Assembly (NCBI GenBank): GCA_049297495.1
Contig: JBAQUL010000015.1
Location: 64,609 to 128,608 of the forward strand
Length of the DNA: 64,000 nt
Direction of reading: 5' to 3'
DNA from: Candidatus Moraniibacteriota bacterium
GTDB lineage: Bacteria > Patescibacteriota > Minisyncoccia > Moranbacterales > UBA2206
This document shows, in pieces, positions 34,144 through 44,445 of this stretch. The notes under the pieces were generated by a model. It saw nothing but the letters and a program-made list of their open reading frames with translations, had not been told where the DNA came from and ran no database searches. Position 1 is the first letter of the stretch. Each line of letters begins with the position of its first letter. The position numbers and the translations under genes were made by a program.

Positions 34144-35304
34144 ATGTCTAAAACTAAGGAGATTTTGATTATTTTTGTGATTATTGTGATAGGCGGATTA
34201 AGTGGCATAATCGCTAATCGCTATATTTTTCCACGCTTGGCCATAACGAAGTTTTTTGGCAAATATGATTTCATCAAAAAATCAACTGAAAATGTTACCG
34301 TAATCAATAAAACCGAGCAAGTATTCATCAAGGAAGACTCTTCGATAAATAAGATTGTCAATCAGGTAACCTCGTCAGTAGTGAATATTACGTCCTACAC
34401 CACGTCTGAAAAAAACTCTCTCTCTGGAAAAAATATAATTGCGACACAATCAACAATAAAAAACGGCACGGGAGTAATTGTGGCAAGTGATGGCCTGATT
34501 GTTACCTATGCAAGTGCAATTATCCCAGAAAATGCTAAATATAAAGTAATAGTGAGTGATAAAAATATTTATGATGCAACTCTCCTTGAAATTGACTCCT
34601 ATAGCAATTTAGCTTTTCTAAAAATTAATGCCAGCAATCTTTCTGTTGCTTCTTTTGCAAACTCGGACGAAGCGAAATCAGGAGAAAAAATTATTGCAAT
34701 TGGAAGTGACCTACCAGCAAGTGCTCCATTTTTTGCTGCTGGAATATTAAGCAGCTTCAATCCATCTTATAATTTGTCAGAAAAAACAATCGCTTCATCG
34801 GAAAAATTAGAGGGAGTTTTCGAGATTGACAATTCTCAACAGGATCATTTCGTCGGTGGCCCGGTAGTGGATTACTCAGGCCAAATCATTGGTATCACGG
34901 GTTTAGTGCGCAGAGATAATGCGAATAGTTTTTTTCAAATTCCTTCTAACAAGGTAAAGCTTGTTGTGGAGAAGGAGTTGCGAAAAGAATTGAGTATGAA
35001 TTTATTGTTGGGCGTATATTATATTTCTATCAATAAGGCCTATGCTTCGATTAATAATTTGCCGAGTGAGACGGGAGCGCAAATTTATTCTCCTTCTGGT
35101 CAGCAGGGACTCTCAGTCATCGCTAACTCCCCGGCGGATATTGCTGGACTAAAGATTCACGATATCATCACGGAAGTTTCCGGAGAAAAGATTACAATCG
35201 AAAAATCACTTCCAGATCTGCTCTACAAACATAAAAAAGGTGAAGAGATCGAACTTACTGTCTTGAGGAATTCACAAGAATTGAAAATAAAGATTCAAAT
35301 GTAG
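34144..35304 (+). CDS. Divergent trypsin-like serine protease with C-terminal PDZ (second HtrA-like paralog)
   Basis: N-terminal TM, GTGVIVASDGLIVTYASAI, GGPVVDYSGQIIGITG, and a PDZ domain (GLKIHDIITEVSGEKI). Confidence 0.65.
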   Translation: MSKTKEILIIFVIIVIGGLSGIIANRYIFPRLAITKFFGKYDFIKKSTENVTVINKTEQVFIKEDSSINKIVNQVTSSVVNITSYTTSEKNSLSGKNIIATQSTIKNGTGVIVASDGLIVTYASAIIPENAKYKVIVSDKNIYDATLLEIDSYSNLAFLKINASNLSVASFANSDEAKSGEKIIAIGSDLPASAPFFAAGILSSFNPSYNLSEKTIASSEKLEGVFEIDNSQQDHFVGGPVVDYSGQIIGITGLVRRDNANSFFQIPSNKVKLVVEKELRKELSMNLLLGVYYISINKAYASINNLPSETGAQIYSPSGQQGLSVIANSPADIAGLKIHDIITEVSGEKITIEKSLPDLLYKHKKGEEIELTVLRNSQELKIKIQM

Positions 35305-35316
35305 ACTTTCAAAAGT

Positions 35317-37377
35317 ATGCAAATTAAAAAACAATACCATACAATATTATTGCTCGTCGCTGTTCTGATCATATATTTCTCTTTTGGATTCACGCATCTG
35401 ACTAAGTTTGTTTCATTTGATGAGCACTATTGGCTCTATAATTCTGATGACGATCGAATTCACCAATATTGGAACGCGATTTTAAGCGGGGACTGGGAAG
35501 ATACACGCATCAATGATAAACCAGGCATTACCCTGGCCTACACATCAGGAATTGCCCTTCTTTTCAATAATGAATCCTCTCGAGGGCATGTTCTCTATAC
35601 GGACAAAACAGTAAAGATTTTTGATCCGGAGGTCACCGAAAAGATAAATTTACTCTTTCGCTTACCAATACTGCTAATAACCGGCTTTTTTGCTTTTTTC
35701 TTTTTCTGGATTCTGAAAAAGATTACGGGAAATGAATGGCTGGCACTTTTGGCAGTGGCTTTAACATACTTGTCTCCCGTGATCATTGGAATCTCGCAAA
35801 TAGTTAACCCAGATTCGATGTTTTGGATTTTTTCCTTTGCTTCAATGCTTTCCTATATCGCCTGGCTGAAGATATTTGAAAAAAAATATTTCTGGATGAC
35901 TTTAGTCTTTTTTGGTCTTTCAATGGCAAGTAAGTATGTTAGCATCATCTTGATCCCGTTTTTTCTATTTATGCTTTCTGCGTTCTACCTCTTTGAGTTT
36001 TCCGCTTGGAAGGATGGGCGTGAAATCTTGAAAAAAATCGTTCTTCGAAATAGTCTTGCCTACATAGGAATTATTGCTGGAGGTTTTTTGATTTTTGCGC
36101 TAATGATGCCGGCCGTTTTTGTTGAACCGGAATATTTCTATGCAGGAACGATTGGCTTTCCAGGAATGGCCCCAATTTTTTGGCTATGTATGATTGCAAA
36201 TGCCGCTCTTGCTGCCGATGCTTTCTTTAACAAAAATCGTATATTGTACTATGTGCTAGAAAAACTGCAAATTGTTAAAAAAGTTGCACCTAAACTGATA
36301 GCGTTTGCCCTCCTTTCAAGCATCGCTTTTGTACTCATCAATTGGATGCTTCGTCATCGCTTGGTTGATCTTTCAGACGTTTCGTTTGATATGAAACGAA
36401 GACCTGAATTTGGGAATCTGCCATACATCTATCGCTTTGTCATGGAAGCCGTACCACTAGCTTTTGCGTCATTACCATTAGTTCTTTTTTCCATGATGTA
36501 TCTATGGTCAAAATCCATTTTTCAAAAAGTAAAACATGATTATTTGACATTTATATTTTCAGCATTTATTGCAATTTTCTATTTGGCAGTGATTAAGGAA
36601 GGTTTGGTTTTGACGATTCGTTACAGTATCATCCTGTATCCCATCTCTTCATTGCTCGCGGCAATTGCTCTTGATAACTTCTTCAGGGCACAGCAGGAGG
36701 GAAAAGGGGATACACGAAAATTACTGATTTTTATCGCACTTCTTTTTTCCATCATACTACTCCTGTTTGGAGCATCTTCATTTGAGCAGGCTAAGATAAT
36801 CAGCGAAGCTAATTTGCGAATTTTTTACAATTTTCACAGAGTAATTTTCGCCTTGATTGTTCTTGTGGTTGTTGCCGTAGCAACTAGGATAGTCTATGCG
36901 CTCATCTCTTGGGAAAAATTGCGCAAACTATCATATATAGGAATCTTTCTACTTGTGATTGTCTCAAGCTTCATCAGTATTTGGCTCATAAAACCATACT
37001 ATTTTAGTTACAGTAATGAGTTATTGCCAAAAAAATACATAATCACGAGTGGCTGGGGCTATGGTGGTTATGAAATCGCAAAGACCATGAACGCCCTGCC
37101 TGATGCTAAAAATACCACGGTCTGGGCCGATTCATATGGATTTTGTGAGTTTTATGTAGGAAAGTGTATTCACAAAACAAAAATAAGAACGGACATCTAC
37201 CCAATCGACTATTTCTATTCAACACTGCAAAGTCAGTTGCGCCCAGAATATATCGGCACTCCTTATCGAGAAGATGGAAAGCCGATAGCTAATATTGAAA
37301 TTGATGGTCGCTACAAGAACTATGTCAGAATTTTTAAAGCCAAAAAGGTAATACCAGAGAATAGCATCAACAAATAA
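35317..37377 (+). CDS. GT-C fold membrane glycosyltransferase (PMT/ArnT-like, GT39/GT83-like), paralog 1
   Basis: Loop-1 DEHYW motif after TM1 and more than 10 TM helices. The C-terminus is shared with the paralog at 38126 (GYGGYE...NFVRIFKAKK). Confidence 0.65.
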   Translation: MQIKKQYHTILLLVAVLIIYFSFGFTHLTKFVSFDEHYWLYNSDDDRIHQYWNAILSGDWEDTRINDKPGITLAYTSGIALLFNNESSRGHVLYTDKTVKIFDPEVTEKINLLFRLPILLITGFFAFFFFWILKKITGNEWLALLAVALTYLSPVIIGISQIVNPDSMFWIFSFASMLSYIAWLKIFEKKYFWMTLVFFGLSMASKYVSIILIPFFLFMLSAFYLFEFSAWKDGREILKKIVLRNSLAYIGIIAGGFLIFALMMPAVFVEPEYFYAGTIGFPGMAPIFWLCMIANAALAADAFFNKNRILYYVLEKLQIVKKVAPKLIAFALLSSIAFVLINWMLRHRLVDLSDVSFDMKRRPEFGNLPYIYRFVMEAVPLAFASLPLVLFSMMYLWSKSIFQKVKHDYLTFIFSAFIAIFYLAVIKEGLVLTIRYSIILYPISSLLAAIALDNFFRAQQEGKGDTRKLLIFIALLFSIILLLFGASSFEQAKIISEANLRIFYNFHRVIFALIVLVVVAVATRIVYALISWEKLRKLSYIGIFLLVIVSSFISIWLIKPYYFSYSNELLPKKYIITSGWGYGGYEIAKTMNALPDAKNTTVWADSYGFCEFYVGKCIHKTKIRTDIYPIDYFYSTLQSQLRPEYIGTPYREDGKPIANIEIDGRYKNYVRIFKAKKVIPENSINK

Positions 37378-37380
37378 TAT

Positions 37381-38094
37381 ATGCATAAAGAAAGTGATAA
37401 AATTATAATTTCCGCAGATGACTTTGGTATTAGCCGCTTAGCTAGTGAGAATATTATGCAGCTTGTCAATCGAGGAAAGGTAGATCGAGTAGAAGTTATG
37501 ATGAGTAAAAATATCTCTTCTTCTCAGGTTGAAGCGCTTTTGGCGTCCAACGTCAAGATTGATATTCATTTGCACCTGGTAAAGGACAAGCTAGATTATT
37601 GGCAAGAGCATGCAAGGAAAATCGAAGATGGGGCAGTGGTGCGCGGGGTAAAGTTTATATTGAAATACGTATTTGGAATCACGAGCGTAAAAAATATCGA
37701 GAAAGAATGGCAGCGACAAATTGAAGAATTCGTGAAAATTTTTGGAAAAGCGCCAGATGGTGCGAGCTCCCATGAACACATTCACTTCTTTCCGCCTTAT
37801 CTGAGTTGCTTACTTAGGCTTTGCAAGAAATTTGGAATAAATTATGTCCGTTTTGGAAAAATGAGCTCAATGGACTATTCCTCGATTTCAAAAATACTCA
37901 ATTGGCTGAGAAAAAGAAGCTTAAAAAACCTCACCAGAACAAGTTTGTATTCAACAGATTACCTGATTAGTTATGACTGGACGAATGATTTGAATCTAAT
38001 TTTAAAGCAATATAGCAAGGATCGTTCGAAGGAAATTGTTTTCCATCTAGAAAAAGCCAATGAGTTTGATGTTTTAGCTGATTTTGAAAAATAG
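37381..38094 (+). CDS. YdjC/ChbG-family carbohydrate deacetylase
   Basis: IIISADDFGIS...GKVDRVEVMMS, like the YdjC N-terminal motif (ADDFGLS....G.V.S.S.M). Confidence 0.7.
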   Translation: MHKESDKIIISADDFGISRLASENIMQLVNRGKVDRVEVMMSKNISSSQVEALLASNVKIDIHLHLVKDKLDYWQEHARKIEDGAVVRGVKFILKYVFGITSVKNIEKEWQRQIEEFVKIFGKAPDGASSHEHIHFFPPYLSCLLRLCKKFGINYVRFGKMSSMDYSSISKILNWLRKRSLKNLTRTSLYSTDYLISYDWTNDLNLILKQYSKDRSKEIVFHLEKANEFDVLADFEK

Positions 38095-38125
38095 AGTTTG
38101 ATAAATAATATTTTATATTTAGCCT

Positions 38126-39955
38126 ATGCTAAAAAAAGTTATTTCAGAAAAGATAGGGAAAGCTGGAGGAATTATCGTGCTACTTTGCATCTCGCTCGGA
38201 CTTTATTTTTCTTTTGGTTTCCACCATATATCAAAATTCGAAACGGCAGATGAACATTTCTGGATCTATGACTCGACAGCAGGCAGGATTCATGACTACT
38301 GGAATGCTGTAGCTAGAAAGGATTGGTTCAGCACAAGAATCAACGACAAGCCTGGCATAATGCTGGCTTACATCAGTGGAATCGGAATTTTATTTGAAGA
38401 TAATTTGCAAAATCGTATTGTTGAACCGGGCGAATATCTAAGTGCGTTCTCCTCCGCGGAAACAGAAAAAGTTAACCTGGCCTTTCGGATACCACTCCTG
38501 ATTTTCAATGGACTATTTTCATTGTTTGTCTTTTGGGTGATAAAGCGCCTCACCGAGAATAGCTGGCTAGCGCTAACAGCTGTGACGCTGATTCTACTAA
38601 ACCCGATTATTATTGGAGTATCGCAAATCATCAATCCCGATTCACTTTTGTGGATTTTTTCTTTTTCTTCGCTAATTTCACTCCTAAATTATCTCAAATT
38701 TGGAAACAAAAGGGATGCAGTTTTGTGTTCAATGCTATTTGGCTTTGCGCTCTTGAGTAAATATTCAGCCGTCATCTTCATTCCTTTTTTCTTCATGGTC
38801 ACACTGATTCATCTTTCTCAGAAAGCCAACCAGGCGGAGTTTGCAAAAAACGCCAAAGAAAAAATGATTGCATATCTATTGATTATCCTAGGAGCTTTTC
38901 TCTACTTTGCAGTGCTTATGCCGGCCGCAATCATCAACCCCACCTTCTTTTATTATGGGACTATCGGTTTCAAGGGTATGGCACCAATTTTTTGGTCGAT
39001 AGTGGCTGCTGATTTATTAATCTATCTTGACGCATATTTTTTGAAGTCAAAATGTTTTTTCTTTTTATTGCAATGGTTTAATAAGCTTTTACCATTTTTA
39101 ATGCGACTGGTTTATCTCATGCTTTCAGTATTATTTTGTTTGGTTATCGTGAACTGGTCATTAGGGGAGAATTTTTTGGATATCAAGGGGATCAACTTTG
39201 ATGCAGGACGTGACAATCAATTTCAGCGTCAAGATTTCGTTGATAAATTATTTCTCGAGATTTATCCCTTGGTTTTTTCTCTTACCCCCTTTGTCTTACT
39301 GTCAGTTGTCGCCCTGTGGATCAAGGGAATATTTAAAAAATTAAAGCACCCCTTAATTGTTTTTTCGACATCTTCTTTTTTGATTGTTTTTTATGCGGCA
39401 GTGCTAAAACAAGGCTTACTAGCCAATATTCGCTATAGCGTTATGCTCTATCCACTGCTCATGCTAATCGCTGCTTTTTCTATTGATGAGTTTCTTTTGG
39501 ATCGAATAAAGCGCTCGCATAAATTTATCACCATTTTGATTGTTATTGGCATAAGCAGTGTAAGTCTTTGGCTGATTAAGCCATACTATTTTAACTATAC
39601 CAACGATTTATTGCCAAAAACTAGAATCATCACAGGCGCATGGGGGTATGGCGGCTATGAAGCGGCTCAATTTCTAAACGCTTTACCCAACTCCAAGGAA
39701 CTGAAAGTTTGGACAGACTATTGGGGGGTTTGCTATTTTTTCGACGGAACTTGCATCCAAGCGTCTGGCTATAATAATTATATGGCGAAATCAGAGGAAA
39801 ACACTATCGATTACTATGTTATGACAAGAAGAGGGGAGATGACAAATAATAAAATCTGGCGAACACTGCGAAAAGATTTAAAGGGAGATCCTGTCTGGAG
39901 TTTAAATATTGATGATAGGCCGAAAAATTTTGTCCGCATCTACAAGGCAAAATAA
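38126..39955 (+). CDS. GT-C fold membrane glycosyltransferase (PMT/ArnT-like), paralog 2
   Basis: ADEHFWIYDSTAGRIHDYWNA...RINDKPGIMLAYISG parallels paralog 1. The C-terminus is GYGGYE...NFVRIYKAK. Confidence 0.65.
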   Translation: MLKKVISEKIGKAGGIIVLLCISLGLYFSFGFHHISKFETADEHFWIYDSTAGRIHDYWNAVARKDWFSTRINDKPGIMLAYISGIGILFEDNLQNRIVEPGEYLSAFSSAETEKVNLAFRIPLLIFNGLFSLFVFWVIKRLTENSWLALTAVTLILLNPIIIGVSQIINPDSLLWIFSFSSLISLLNYLKFGNKRDAVLCSMLFGFALLSKYSAVIFIPFFFMVTLIHLSQKANQAEFAKNAKEKMIAYLLIILGAFLYFAVLMPAAIINPTFFYYGTIGFKGMAPIFWSIVAADLLIYLDAYFLKSKCFFFLLQWFNKLLPFLMRLVYLMLSVLFCLVIVNWSLGENFLDIKGINFDAGRDNQFQRQDFVDKLFLEIYPLVFSLTPFVLLSVVALWIKGIFKKLKHPLIVFSTSSFLIVFYAAVLKQGLLANIRYSVMLYPLLMLIAAFSIDEFLLDRIKRSHKFITILIVIGISSVSLWLIKPYYFNYTNDLLPKTRIITGAWGYGGYEAAQFLNALPNSKELKVWTDYWGVCYFFDGTCIQASGYNNYMAKSEENTIDYYVMTRRGEMTNNKIWRTLRKDLKGDPVWSLNIDDRPKNFVRIYKAK

Positions 39956-40001
39956 AAACAACCAGCGTCATACTGATTGTTAGCATTTAGATATAGTTTT
40001 T

Positions 40002-40376
40002 TCATTCAATCGATTTGTAGATCTCTTTTTTATTATTACTCTCATCTGAAATTTCCAAAATAATTCGTTCTCCTCCCCTCAAATCATCATTCATCAGAGG
40101 AATGGTGATTTTTTGTCCTGCTGGGACAAAGACATCAGCTTCTCTAAGCGGCAAGGCATTGTCTTTCGTGCTCTCTTTCCAATGAAATTTCTTCGCCTTT
40201 CCCGTGTTTTTTATCGTGAAAGTCAGATTCTGTGTTTGGGGATTTTCAAAATATACCGTCCACCAACTATTCTTGCCAGTCGGGTCTATTTGTCTTTGCT
40301 CCTCATATCCAAGAAAAAGGAAGCTTACGAATAGAAAAGTCGTAATAGAAAGAATGATGATTTTTTCATTGTTCAT
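40002..40376 (-). CDS. Small membrane-anchored/secreted hypothetical protein
   Basis: N-terminal hydrophobic helix and about 95 extracytoplasmic residues. Confidence 0.35.
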   Translation of the reverse strand: MNNEKIIILSITTFLFVSFLFLGYEEQRQIDPTGKNSWWTVYFENPQTQNLTFTIKNTGKAKKFHWKESTKDNALPLREADVFVPAGQKITIPLMNDDLRGGERIILEISDESNNKKEIYKSIE

Positions 40377-40380
40377 ATTA

Positions 40381-42321
40381 TTATTTCTTGCGGTAATAGA
40401 CATTTATTTTATCATTAGAATAGACTTGCCAGAAATTATTTAACTTTTGAAATTGCATACCATCACTGAACTTGTCTACCATCACAAAATTTGTTCCAAG
40501 ATCCAAAAAGCACTTTTTTCCAAGTTCACCGCCGGGACTAGAAATCATATCGCGCGTGCAAAATTCATGCTTATCAACACCATTCTCATAGCGCTCAAAG
40601 TTGGCCCGATAACTCGGGAAGTAGTAATCTCGCATAAAAAACAGCTTTATCCACGAATCAGCGAAGAGATAGACATGATCTGATGCGAGAAGATCGGTGG
40701 GCTCCATTTTTGAAGCCAAGTAACGACCAGTTTCAAGGGTTAACTGAACATTTCGATCATTACCATTCTTCCTGAGAAAAACTGAATTACCTTCAAAACC
40801 ATTAGCAAAAATAAAGATAAGTATTAGGGAAAAAGCACCAAAAATTAACACCCGACCAGAAATAGTGAGCTCTTTTATTGAAAATCTTTCTCGGTCAAAA
40901 AGAGAGATAAATGTATAGGCGCCAAGAAGAGCAAAAGGATAAACGCCATAATTAGCAACTCGTCCAGAAGGGATGGAAATGCCCACCAGATTGGGAGCGA
41001 GGGAGATGATAGCGATAACCGCTACCCAGCTAATCAAGAGGAGTGATGGAAATCTAAAAGGATTTTTTTTGTAAAAAAATAAAAACAACATAAACCCAAA
41101 AGTTCCCATGGCAAATCTCGCTTCTCCAAGGATATTCCTGAATTGAAGTGACGACAATCCTGTGTGTTCGATTTTTTTAATCGAGCCCACCACCGTATTC
41201 ACAGCGCTATTTTTGAGATAAGTCGGCGTGTAAACCACAAAAACAAAAGAGATCGCAAAAACAAAAAAAGAAATCAATAGTGGCGAGAATATGCTCTTTT
41301 TTTGACTAACTATGAAATTCTTAGTTTCTCGAAAGTTCAAGATTAGGGATAGTACAATGAATCCAGCAAGAACCATGAGAAAGATCAGGGCCGATAGATG
41401 ATGAGTATAGAATAAACCCATTGAAAATGCTAAGGCAAAAAATACGAATAGCAACTCCTTCTCTCGGATAAACCTAATATAAAAATAGAAAGCGAGTGGG
41501 ATTAATAAGTTTCCAATGATATTACCAACCACACCACCACCGACAAATTTGGCCTGTGGTGGATCAATCGCAAAAAGAGCACCCAAAACAAGCAAGCTGA
41601 ATATAGCAATATTTTTATTCTGAGGACTATCTTTGAATAACTGTAGAGACAAAATGAATATTGCCAGTAGGCTGAAAATATTAATGAAAAAAAGAACAAG
41701 AACTGGGAAAGATGATATGAAGCTAGCGCCGGAAATGAGCCCGATGGCAGAAAAAATCAAATGCTCTCCGATTACAAAATCACTAATCGGGCGAGGCGAA
41801 TCAATTTGATAGGTTCCAGCTATATCAACAATATCACGCTGGGTATAGTCTTGTATTTGTCCGGATTCTGCAAAGAGCTTAGACCAATACATGTGGTGTC
41901 CCAGATCCGTACTGGATGGTGGCAATGAATTCTGCAAATAAGCGGCACGGATAAATATCGAGATAAACAAGATTAAAATGATAAGCCAGCGTTGTTTTGA
42001 GGAAAAATTAAAAGAAGTTTTGTCTTTAATGTTCGACTGGGTTTTTTTGAATCGTTTCTTATAAATGAAAAAGCAACACAATGATAACATGAGAATTGCC
42101 ACAATCAGAGAAGTTCTAGTAAAACTGATGCCGATTCGGGACATCAGGAGCATCAAAAAATCGGTAATAAGGGCGCTCAAGCCTGTGGCAATAATAAATT
42201 TTTCTAAGCCACTGAGAGTCGTCTTACCAAAAAAGGCTAAAAGTAAAAAATAACCTGGCAGAAAAAGAACGAGCAGTATCGCAAAAAAAAACATAAATTG
42301 TGCTTGAATAAATTCGGTCAT
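40381..42321 (-). CDS. Large polytopic membrane protein with C-terminal soluble domain (uncharacterised; possibly a GT-C-like glycosyltransferase or polymerase)
   Basis: 646 aa with about 14 TM helices and a hydrophilic C-terminal domain of about 150 aa. It overlaps the next GT4 gene by 4 nt. Confidence 0.45.
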   Translation of the reverse strand: MTEFIQAQFMFFFAILLVLFLPGYFLLLAFFGKTTLSGLEKFIIATGLSALITDFLMLLMSRIGISFTRTSLIVAILMLSLCCFFIYKKRFKKTQSNIKDKTSFNFSSKQRWLIILILFISIFIRAAYLQNSLPPSSTDLGHHMYWSKLFAESGQIQDYTQRDIVDIAGTYQIDSPRPISDFVIGEHLIFSAIGLISGASFISSFPVLVLFFINIFSLLAIFILSLQLFKDSPQNKNIAIFSLLVLGALFAIDPPQAKFVGGGVVGNIIGNLLIPLAFYFYIRFIREKELLFVFFALAFSMGLFYTHHLSALIFLMVLAGFIVLSLILNFRETKNFIVSQKKSIFSPLLISFFVFAISFVFVVYTPTYLKNSAVNTVVGSIKKIEHTGLSSLQFRNILGEARFAMGTFGFMLFLFFYKKNPFRFPSLLLISWVAVIAIISLAPNLVGISIPSGRVANYGVYPFALLGAYTFISLFDRERFSIKELTISGRVLIFGAFSLILIFIFANGFEGNSVFLRKNGNDRNVQLTLETGRYLASKMEPTDLLASDHVYLFADSWIKLFFMRDYYFPSYRANFERYENGVDKHEFCTRDMISSPGGELGKKCFLDLGTNFVMVDKFSDGMQFQKLNNFWQVYSNDKINVYYRKK

Positions 42322-43439
42322 AAAATTATCTTATTAATTTCTTCCAGATATCTCCTTGAAATTTTTTCCCAAGCAAAATTCTCCCTAACAAATTCACGAG
42401 CTTTCTTGCCAAAGTTTTGGCGGAAGATATTATCCGCTAAAACCTCCTTAATCTTGTTCGCCCACATCTGCGCATTTCCAGAATCAAGCAAGATGCCATT
42501 CTTACCATCCTTGATTGCATCCTTGAGACCTTCAATATTAGCAGCCAAAACCACTCTTTCGCAAGCCGCACCTTCGATCGCTGTTATTCCAAAGCCTTCC
42601 ATTGAGCCTGGAACTTTGATATTGGGTTGAATGAAGATATCACAAGTGTTAAAAAGAATTTTAATATCTTTTCGCGGGAGATTAATGAAAAATTTAACTC
42701 TATTTTCCAATCCCAATTCTTTAGTCGCTTTTACGCAATTTGGATAGTTATTTCCATCACCAGCAGTTTTTGCAGCAACTGCTCCACCGGCAGCAATTAA
42801 TATATAATTTTCCGGTAGTTTTGGCATCACGTTTTTAATGAACCATTCCACCCCCTTATGTTTGACAATCCTGCCCCCGCGAAACATGATTTTTTTGCCA
42901 TCAAGTTTCATGTTGGTTAATTTCTCCAAATCAACTCGCGTATGTGTAGCGTAAATTTCATCAACGTCCAGCCCATTGGGAATGAAAACACATTTTTCCC
43001 TCAAAATACCAATTTTTGTCGCTTGATTAATCGTTTCATTTCCGACCATTATCAGTTTGTCCAATCTCTTGAGTGCGGGAATATTAATGGTGCGATATAT
43101 TTTCCCCAATATGGACTTTTTGTGAGCAAAGGTAATATCAAGTCCATGAATGATTGAAATGAATTTCTTTTTCGGATAAAAGAATTTCAAAAATACCCCA
43201 ATAGGAGATAATACACCATCCCCAAAGAGAACAGCGTCATAGCTGGATAGAAGAAAAAGGCTTTTTAGCGTGACCCAAGGCACAAAAAGCGGCAACATTT
43301 TTTTGCCATATTTGTTGGCAATAATTTTCGTCTCAGTTATTTCAGAAAGAGCTTTGGCAACCCCATAGTTTTGCATCTCAATCCCGCCTAGGATTGGTGG
43401 ATAGGCCCGAGAAATAAAAAGGATGCGTAATTGTTTCAT
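42318..43439 (-). CDS. Glycosyltransferase family 4
   Basis: MEGFGITAIEGAACERVVLAANIEGL. Confidence 0.85.
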   Translation of the reverse strand: MKQLRILFISRAYPPILGGIEMQNYGVAKALSEITETKIIANKYGKKMLPLFVPWVTLKSLFLLSSYDAVLFGDGVLSPIGVFLKFFYPKKKFISIIHGLDITFAHKKSILGKIYRTINIPALKRLDKLIMVGNETINQATKIGILREKCVFIPNGLDVDEIYATHTRVDLEKLTNMKLDGKKIMFRGGRIVKHKGVEWFIKNVMPKLPENYILIAAGGAVAAKTAGDGNNYPNCVKATKELGLENRVKFFINLPRKDIKILFNTCDIFIQPNIKVPGSMEGFGITAIEGAACERVVLAANIEGLKDAIKDGKNGILLDSGNAQMWANKIKEVLADNIFRQNFGKKAREFVRENFAWEKISRRYLEEINKIIL

Positions 43440-43451
43440 ATTAAAGAAAGG

Positions 43452-44441
43452 CTACTTCTTAAGGCGATCTTTTTTCAAAAGATACATCTGCTCTTCAGTC
43501 AGATTGCGGTTAGTTTTAATCATATCAGCAATGAGAGCAAAAATGAGCAATTGCGAACCAACAAACATCAAAATAACTGAAAGAAAAAGATAGTTGCGAT
43601 AGGTGGTAATTTGGAGGGTTTGGAAGTAATGATAAAGGAATAGCATAAACACTAGAAGTGATGCAATCACTACAATAAGACCTGGGACACCAAAAAACTT
43701 CATCGGACGAACATCGCGCACTGCTTTGAGAATAATTTTTCCTGAGTCGGAAACAAATTTCCAAATTGATTTAGTCATCTTGGATTTTCTGTCAGCATAA
43801 TAGGTGACTGTGACCGGTACCCACTTTATTTTCAAATTTTTGCCTATAGCATCAATGATTGATTCTTGTGTATAGGTAAAAATACTTGTCAAATTAAGCC
43901 GCAGAAGTGTTTCTCTATTTAGCGCTCTAAATCCACAGGTTAAATCATCAATCTTTTGTCCCAAAAAGAAACCTACGAGATTAGCCACAAATCTATTTAG
44001 AAAGTCTTTGATCCACGGAATATTCTTTGCTTCTTTTTCTCCAAATCTATTAGCAATAACCATATCTGCTGTTTGATCTAGGACAGGAATGAGAAGTTTG
44101 GGGATATCATCTGGATTAAATTGTCCATCGGCGTCAATATTTACAAAAAAATCAACGTTATTTTCCAGTGCATTATCCACTCCTGATTTGAAGGCAGCTC
44201 CCAGGGTATTTCTAGGAATTTTCTTTTTTGGCCTATTAACAATAAAATTAGCCCCAGCTTGGCGAGCTATTTCTTCAGTATTGTCAGAAGAGCCATCGTT
44301 AACAATTTGAATTAATTTCTCAGTAATAACTGAGCCTTCCTTGGAATAAAAATCAAGTTCAAAACTTTTTTTGATCCTAGCTATTGTTTCTCCAATCTTA
44401 GCTGCTTCATTATAGGCGGGTAAGTTAACTATCAATTTCAT
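43452..44441 (-). CDS. GT2 polyprenyl-phosphate glycosyltransferase (DPM1/GtrB/ArnC-like) with C-terminal TM anchors
   Basis: NLPAYNEAAKI...DGSSDNTEEIA...NIDADGQFNPDDI (DxD) and two C-terminal TM helices. Confidence 0.85.
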   Translation of the reverse strand: MKLIVNLPAYNEAAKIGETIARIKKSFELDFYSKEGSVITEKLIQIVNDGSSDNTEEIARQAGANFIVNRPKKKIPRNTLGAAFKSGVDNALENNVDFFVNIDADGQFNPDDIPKLLIPVLDQTADMVIANRFGEKEAKNIPWIKDFLNRFVANLVGFFLGQKIDDLTCGFRALNRETLLRLNLTSIFTYTQESIIDAIGKNLKIKWVPVTVTYYADRKSKMTKSIWKFVSDSGKIILKAVRDVRPMKFFGVPGLIVVIASLLVFMLFLYHYFQTLQITTYRNYLFLSVILMFVGSQLLIFALIADMIKTNRNLTEEQMYLLKKDRLKK

Positions 44442-44445
44442 GTTG

